A stretch of DNA of 64,000 bases from Octopus vulgaris. Taxonomy: Eukaryota. A program made the translations under genes and the position numbers. Where the stretch lies: the NCBI GenBank assembly GCA_951406725.2, contig OX597825.1, positions 72,354,001 to 72,418,000 of the forward strand, given 5' to 3'. Numbering within the stretch: position 1 is the first letter of the stretch; each line of letters starts with the position of its first letter. Of the stretch, positions 56,081 through 64,000 are shown in pieces. The notes below the pieces were generated by a model, which searched no databases, was not told the origin of the DNA, and worked only from the letters and a program-made list of their open reading frames with translations.

Positions 56081-57042
56081 AGAGAGAACAAGGACTGCTC
56101 GTGAAAGCCCCACAAGTTCCACAACAGTCCTGACCACCAGGGTAACTGCCCTCTTCACTATCTCTACAGGTGCATGCTCAGAGTAGGTCCATTCACTCGG
56201 GCCATTCTTGCGACATTCATCCACCTTTTAACAATATTGTTGTGGGGAGGGGGCGGAGCACTTTCCTCTCCTCCTTCACTCTCCTTTTCAAGTGAAACTT
56301 GGAAAATTTGATGAGGGCTTGGCCAAAGAGGAACATAAATTAATATAATAATATGTACCTACTTACCGCTTGCGTCACGCTTAGAGAAGTAGCTTGAATT
56401 GCAAAAAATACAGAATGGGAGAAAGGAAGGAAGAGAGGGACAGTAAATGTAAGACAGAGTCAGAAAGAGAGAGAAAGGCGGAGAGTGCCACACAGAAGCA
56501 TCTAAGAACCTTTCTTTTGCTCTCTTTCTCTCTCTCTCTCTCTCTCTGTTCTTTCTTTCTTGTTCTCCCTCTCTTTCTCTCTGCGCTTGTTCGAAGTATT
56601 TATTTTTTAAGTGTATCTTAGTATATACAATCGCAGGACTATTGTGCTTTTTTGTATGTAAAGATATAAACAGTTGCGTGCGTACGTGTGTGTGTGTGTG
56701 TGTGTGTGTAAAGGTAGGCGTTGGTAAAGTTGAATGGAAATATATATATATATATATATATATAACAGGGGAGAGAAATGAGAGACAGACGAGGGAGAGA
56801 TAGGGGGACGATAAAAGAGAAGGAAGTAAAAGAGAGGATTCTAAGAAGCGAAAGGCTGAGTAAGCGTGGGTGTTAAAGAACCACCCCTCTCTCTCTCACT
56901 CTCTCTCTCTCTATCTATCTATCTATCTGCATTTCTTTGAAGTATTTTTGAAGTGTCACTTGGTATATAAAATAATGACATTTATACTCGACTCCATTAC
57001 ATCGTGTAGGAATTTTTATATATTTATACATATACATATGTT

Positions 57043-57087
<45 letters not shown>

Positions 57088-57214
57088 GTGTGTGAGCATG
57101 TTAAGTCAAATCCTTATTACGTAAGACATCCTACGCTAGTCCATTAACCAACGGGCTCACGTTATAGATGCAACAACAAAAGATTAAAGTTCTAAGCATA
57201 TATCTCTGTCTGTG

Positions 57215-58480
<1,266 letters not shown>

Positions 58481-58902
58481 GTACGTAACTGAGTAAGTGA
58501 GTAATATTTATAAATTCACATTAAACGAAAAGTCATTTTCTGCGTATATTCAGTGTCTACTTACTGTCTGTGGAATAGATTGTTCTGAAATAATGTATAT
58601 AGCGATATTGTACTTGAAGATATCACATAAATTACCGAATATTTGATATCAAAATTATTAACCATTTATCATATTATTTATACCAGCATTTATATCTAAT
58701 TTCAATAACATTCCTACCCTCTTTTACTTTTACTGCTCTTTCCAACGCTTAAACTTCCTCGTTCTCTCCTCTCTCTCTCTCTCTCTTTCTCTCTCCCCCT
58801 CTATATATGCGGGTGTATGTGCGTGTATGTATGTCTGAGTGTGTAAGCATGTAAGCATGTGCTTATCTGCACATTTAGAGCGTGCACAACACACACACAA
58901 TC

Positions 58903-58977
<75 letters not shown>

Positions 58978-59387
58978 TATATATATATATATCTTACTTT
59001 TAATTTTCTTTCCAACACTTTAACTCCCTCATTCCTTCTCTCTCTCCGTCTCTGTCCCCCTCTACAGATGTGTGTGTATGTGTGTGCGCGTGTGTGTATG
59101 CGCGCGTTTGTGTATGTCTGAGTATGTAAGTAAGCATGCAAGCATGTGTTTATCTGCACATAAAAAGCGTGCACAAAACACACACAATTCCATATATATA
59201 TATGTGTGTATATATATATATATATATTGTGTGTGTATGTATATATATATATATATATATATGTACGTATATATATATATGTATGTATACGTACAAATAT
59301 ATATATTTTAATTTATGTATGTATATGTATACATACATACGCATCAAATATACATTATTCACAAGCATGTGTATATGTTCACACAAT

Positions 59388-59420
<33 letters not shown>

Positions 59421-60106
59421 AATAAATTGGTGTGTGTGTGCGGGGGTGTAGATATGCAAGTAAATATTTTCCTTTCCAACCGATAAAAATGTGATAATTG
59501 ATAACAATGGAAAGAAAACAAAGCATTGGAATCATTTAACGTCGAGTGAAAAGAGATAGATAACAGAAATTATAACCGAGAAGTAATAATAACTTCAGTA
59601 ATAAACAGAGAACAGACACTTTCAACAACATTCTGTATATTTTCGATGGCGCAAAACACAGTAAGATTCTGAAGTTACAAAAAGATTACAGAAATTTTTT
59701 TCGGTTTTGTTAAGGTGATTTTTCAAGTATATAGTTTTTAGTTATTATTTTTTTTTTGTGTGTTTTCTCTGGTTAAGGAGTTTTTTTGAGGTTCTTCACT
59801 TCTTTCGTAAAATAACTTCTCTTAAGTAACAATTGCTTATTGCCATGAACGAAACTGTAAGCTCTCGAGTCACTCATCTTGTTATGCTGATTAGGTTGTT
59901 TGTTTTGTTGTTGTTGTTGTTGCTGCTTTTTCTTCTTGTTTCCAGCCTCTAGAGCTATACATGTCTATCGGTATTCACCATAACTGATACAGACAGACAG
60001 ACAAACACAGATACATATAGATGAACGATTGATGGCTAAAAATTACGCTTATGAATACAAGTGCATGTGGATAAATGTGTACATATACATACAAATATAT
60101 GTGTGC

Positions 60107-60187
<81 letters not shown>

Positions 60188-60494
60188 CAGAAGTGGCTCT
60201 GTGGTAAGTAGCTTGCTTACCATCCATATGGTTCCGGGTTCAGTCCCACCGCGTGGCACTTTAGGCAAGTGTCATTTACTATAGCCTCGGGCCGACTAAA
60301 TTCGGTGCACATACATAAATATATACGACGGGCTTTTTTCAGTTTCCGTCCAATCCAGTTTCAAATTTAATCCAGTTTCAAATCCAGTCACAAGTCTAAA
60401 TTATGCAAAAATGAAAATTACACTGACATCTCATTTTATCAGATGTATTTACCAAAATTACATAAAAATATCTTGACATACTAAGAAGTAAATT

Positions 60495-60725
60495 TATTCA
60501 ATAAAATTGCCATTAACTTCAACCACGACCTCCAGATAACTTCGGAATGTCCTACAACTTTTCTGGGCAGCCTTTGAAGTTGGTGAATGCTGACATAATT
60601 CTTTCCGTCAGTTCGTCTTTGGTGTTACAAGGAGTTTTGTTGGACTCTCGCTCAACTGCGTCTCACACATAATAATGAAAGAGGCTGCAGTCTGGGGAGT
60701 TAGGGGTGATGTAGTCGCAGAAATT
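60495..60725 (-). pseudogene. maT (DD37D)-like transposase C-terminal fragment
   Basis: NFCDYITP/NSPDCSLFHYYV..AVERESNKTPCNTKDEL...VVEVNGNFIE*. Same family as 63425-64000. Confidence 0.65.
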
Positions 60726-61334
60726 TGGTCGGCCAGTGGCTATAGTAGCAGAGGCTTCCCGAAGATACAATGCAAGTGGTTGGAAAGCGAGCCTCTTACC
60801 ACACAACTACGCCTATATGTATATATATATATATGTTTACTCAGTGGAATCTGTCTAGTACTGGGGTTTCGTATTTGTTATCGGTGAGTGGTCAGACTAT
60901 TTTTTAAAGTAAGATTTGTTTGACCTATGTAATCTTCATTACATCCTTGATATTTGATAGCATATATTAAATTCCTTGAAGAATATGTAAAGTGATGTTT
61001 TACTAGACTATCCTATATAAATCAAATCCTATTCAAAACATATACTAATTTGAGCCATGAACTCGCAATAAAAATAGGGCAAACTTCAAACACTAGTCAC
61101 AAGCAAGACAGTTGTGACATAAGCCACGTCTATCTATTTGAACTTTTTGAAAATCAGTGCAAACGTGAAACTGGTTAAAGCTTCAAATATGCTTTAAAAT
61201 ATTTCAACTATTCTCGGGGCATTTTCAACTTATACATATGTATATATATAAATTAAAATGAGGGTGAAATCAATTAACATCGATTTCACGCCAGTGGTCT
61301 AGCATATAAAAAAACTGAACTTCAGTAAAATTGT

Positions 61335-61418
<84 letters not shown>

Positions 61419-61558
61419 ATAATTCATGAAAAAAGATGAAGACAGGTGATGTAGAAAACAAACAGATGTATAGTATAACGCTCGGGAAGTGAAAAAGTCT
61501 TTAACGTTTCGAGCCTACGCTTTTTCACAGAAAAAAACAAGGAGAGAAAATATAGGGA

Positions 61559-61610
<52 letters not shown>

Positions 61611-62632
61611 TACACACATACACACATATACACATATATACACACACACACATATATATATATCACTCTCTAAGTTGTTTCAGCTTTAAAGCTGCGGTCA
61701 TGCTGGGACACTACCGTGCTACATCTTCGTTATTTGAAACCTCCTCTGATATCTGGCATTTGATGAACGAGGAAGTTTAATGTTGCTGCTTTTATCTGTG
61801 TTTCCTACTATGAAGTAGGCTCACCTGAAACCCTTGATTAGATGAGATCCAGCTTTGTTTTTGAAGACACCTACATCCACACCATGCAGGTCTCTCAGGC
61901 ATTTTAGAAGAATATTGAATAGCTAAGGACCCTCGAAATAGAAGATGTTGCATACACATTTGCATATATGTTTGCAGAGATATAGCTATCCAATTTTCTT
62001 TCTTTCTCAGTACTTAGACTGCACCCACCCCAGGAACACAACATAAAATGGTCATATATACGTATACACACACATATGTAAGTATGAGTCTGTATGTGTT
62101 TGTCAATCTGTCTATAGATATACAGATCGATAGATAGATAGACAGATAGAAAAACAGACAGACAGATAGAGAGATCTAAATATGCATATGTGCATAGGTA
62201 TATTTATGCCGATCCACATTATGATTAATAAGAATGGTCTTTCTTCATAAAAGACCAGATTTAGGATTTGTCCTGAAATAAGGTTTGATGAATATCATAG
62301 TTCCATAGTTTATTGCCAAATCGCTATCAATCGCCAGCTTTATGTGATTAAGATCTTTACCATTCTTAAAAGGGCTAGGCTTATATATGATATATATATA
62401 TATATATACACACACACCACACACACACGCACACACACGCGCACACACACACACACACATCTACTTTGTTGCCTTGTAGGTGCAGGCTACGCTGTATAGT
62501 AAAAATGTTTGGTTCCTGGTTCAAACCTATTTCATGGCACTTTGGGCAAGAGCTTCTACTAGAGCACCGGGCCGACGAAAATCTTGTGAGTGTACTTGGT
62601 AAACGGAAACAAAAAAGAAGCCCGTGCTATAT

Positions 62633-62730
<98 letters not shown>

Positions 62731-63424
62731 GGTACTACTTGAAGCACCAGCATGCTAAAACTAGCTGTCAAAACGACTCAAAACCACAGTTACAAGTAGC
62801 ACTGTTCGTTATTAATTGATAATTTTGCCTTTATGGTTCTGTTTCTAATAAGAAACATTATTTGATTTTAATTAGCAAAGTAACATTATGATTAAAAACG
62901 GTGCCATCATTTTGTTAAAATATCGACACACTAGAATACTTTAAAAATGAGAGCTAGAAGTACCAATATAGCCAAAGTTTTCTGCAAAGTGGAATGGTAT
63001 GGTAGGCAAATTCATTATGTAAAAAGTAGGCATTGGGTCAAGACTAAATATGTGAAGAATTGCCAATAACTTAGGCAATTATTTAAGCAAATTTTTACTG
63101 TGAATTTGTTATAGGTAGATTTTACTATAATATATAACTAATTTTTGTATTATTCTGTTTATTGTACTAAATATGTACTACTATTATTTTTATAGCCTAC
63201 TTTCAAATTTCTAATTGTTAATAATTTTTAAAAATTGAATTTTTTAAAGTGCAAAAAATATTTTGAATTATTTTTCATTTTTAATATAAATAACAAATAA
63301 TAACAAATAGAAGTTATAACTTGTAATAAAATTTTTACTTTTTATGAACATTAATATCTTCTAAATCTAATTATTTTATTTGAAATTTTATCCTTAGCTA
63401 CAGCATTTTAAGTAAAAATTTTCA

Positions 63425-64000
63425 TCCGCGACCCACACATAATAATGAAAGATGTTGCAATCTGAGGAGTTAGGTGGCCAGACGTTAGGGGTGATGTGGT
63501 TGCAGAAATTGTCTGACAACCACGACTGGGTTTTCCTGCCTTTGTGGCATGGTGCATATTTATGTTGCCAGACATAGGATCTTCCAGCAGCCACCCTCTT
63601 AACCCAGGCGTTAGATGTAGGCCTCTGTGTTGAGTTTGACGCCGTGTGGGAAGATGAATGGAGGCATAACGTCACCATCACTAGTGACCACTCCAAACAC
63701 CATGATATTGACAGGATGTTTGACATTTATCACTCTCGGTACATATTTTGGGGACATGGAAGCCAATGCTGTTCTGTATGTTCACTATCTGACCCTGGCA
63801 AAAATTTTCCTCGTCTGTGAAATACCAAAGAATGTTCGGATGGAAGGGATGCTTGAGTTTGTTCATAAGCTTCGTAGCTCAGTCTTTCCTCTCGTCCTCC
63901 ATGGCTTATGATGAAAGTTGGTCCTTTCTCATCCTGTATGATGAATGCGAAATGTCTTTATGCATTACCTGCTTCATAAGAAACGGAGATTCTCCCATGT
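63425..64000 (-). pseudogene. maT (DD37D)-like transposase pseudogene, running off the window end
   Basis: NKLKHPFHPNILWYFTDEENF... and WVKRVAAGRSYVWQHKYAPCH...WPPNSSDCNIFHYYVW. There are 37 residues between the (mutated) second and third catalytic positions. Confidence 0.75.

Noticed and set aside
56080-56330. Possible L1/Tx1-like 3' ORF remnant on the minus strand (FHLKRRVKEERKVL)
   Set aside because: No diagnostic motif that I can support without a database search.

Overview
AT-rich, repeat-dense eukaryotic non-coding DNA, most likely from an octopus or other coleoid cephalopod. That assignment is inferred from the tRNA-derived SINE families and the very high (TA)n/(CA)n/(AAT)n load. I cannot support any host protein-coding gene, and almost all ORF-track hits are microsatellite or SINE artefacts. 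The window holds three abundant SINE groups, decayed mariner, Tc1 and maT DNA transposons, RTE and R4/Dong-like LINE fragments, non-autonomous Helitrons, an 11 x 86-bp minisatellite and local segmental duplications. The most striking signal is a set of at least five unrelated 150-500-nt non-coding modules with minimal type-I hammerhead-ribozyme motifs (Penelope pLTR / retrozyme-like). Each sits inside a (TA)n, (GA)n or (AAT)n tract with the same head-to-head layout: antisense arm, central junction, sense arm, usually with one arm longer than a monomer and ends at different phases. This suggests circular ribozyme RNAs being reverse-transcribed into breaks at microsatellites. Other rearrangement traces are a de novo (TA)n/fold-back insertion at a SINE 5' end, a probable ~20.5-kb inversion splitting one mariner copy, and a 300-bp identical inverted tract between distant SINE arrays. 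All coordinates and alignments were read by eye.
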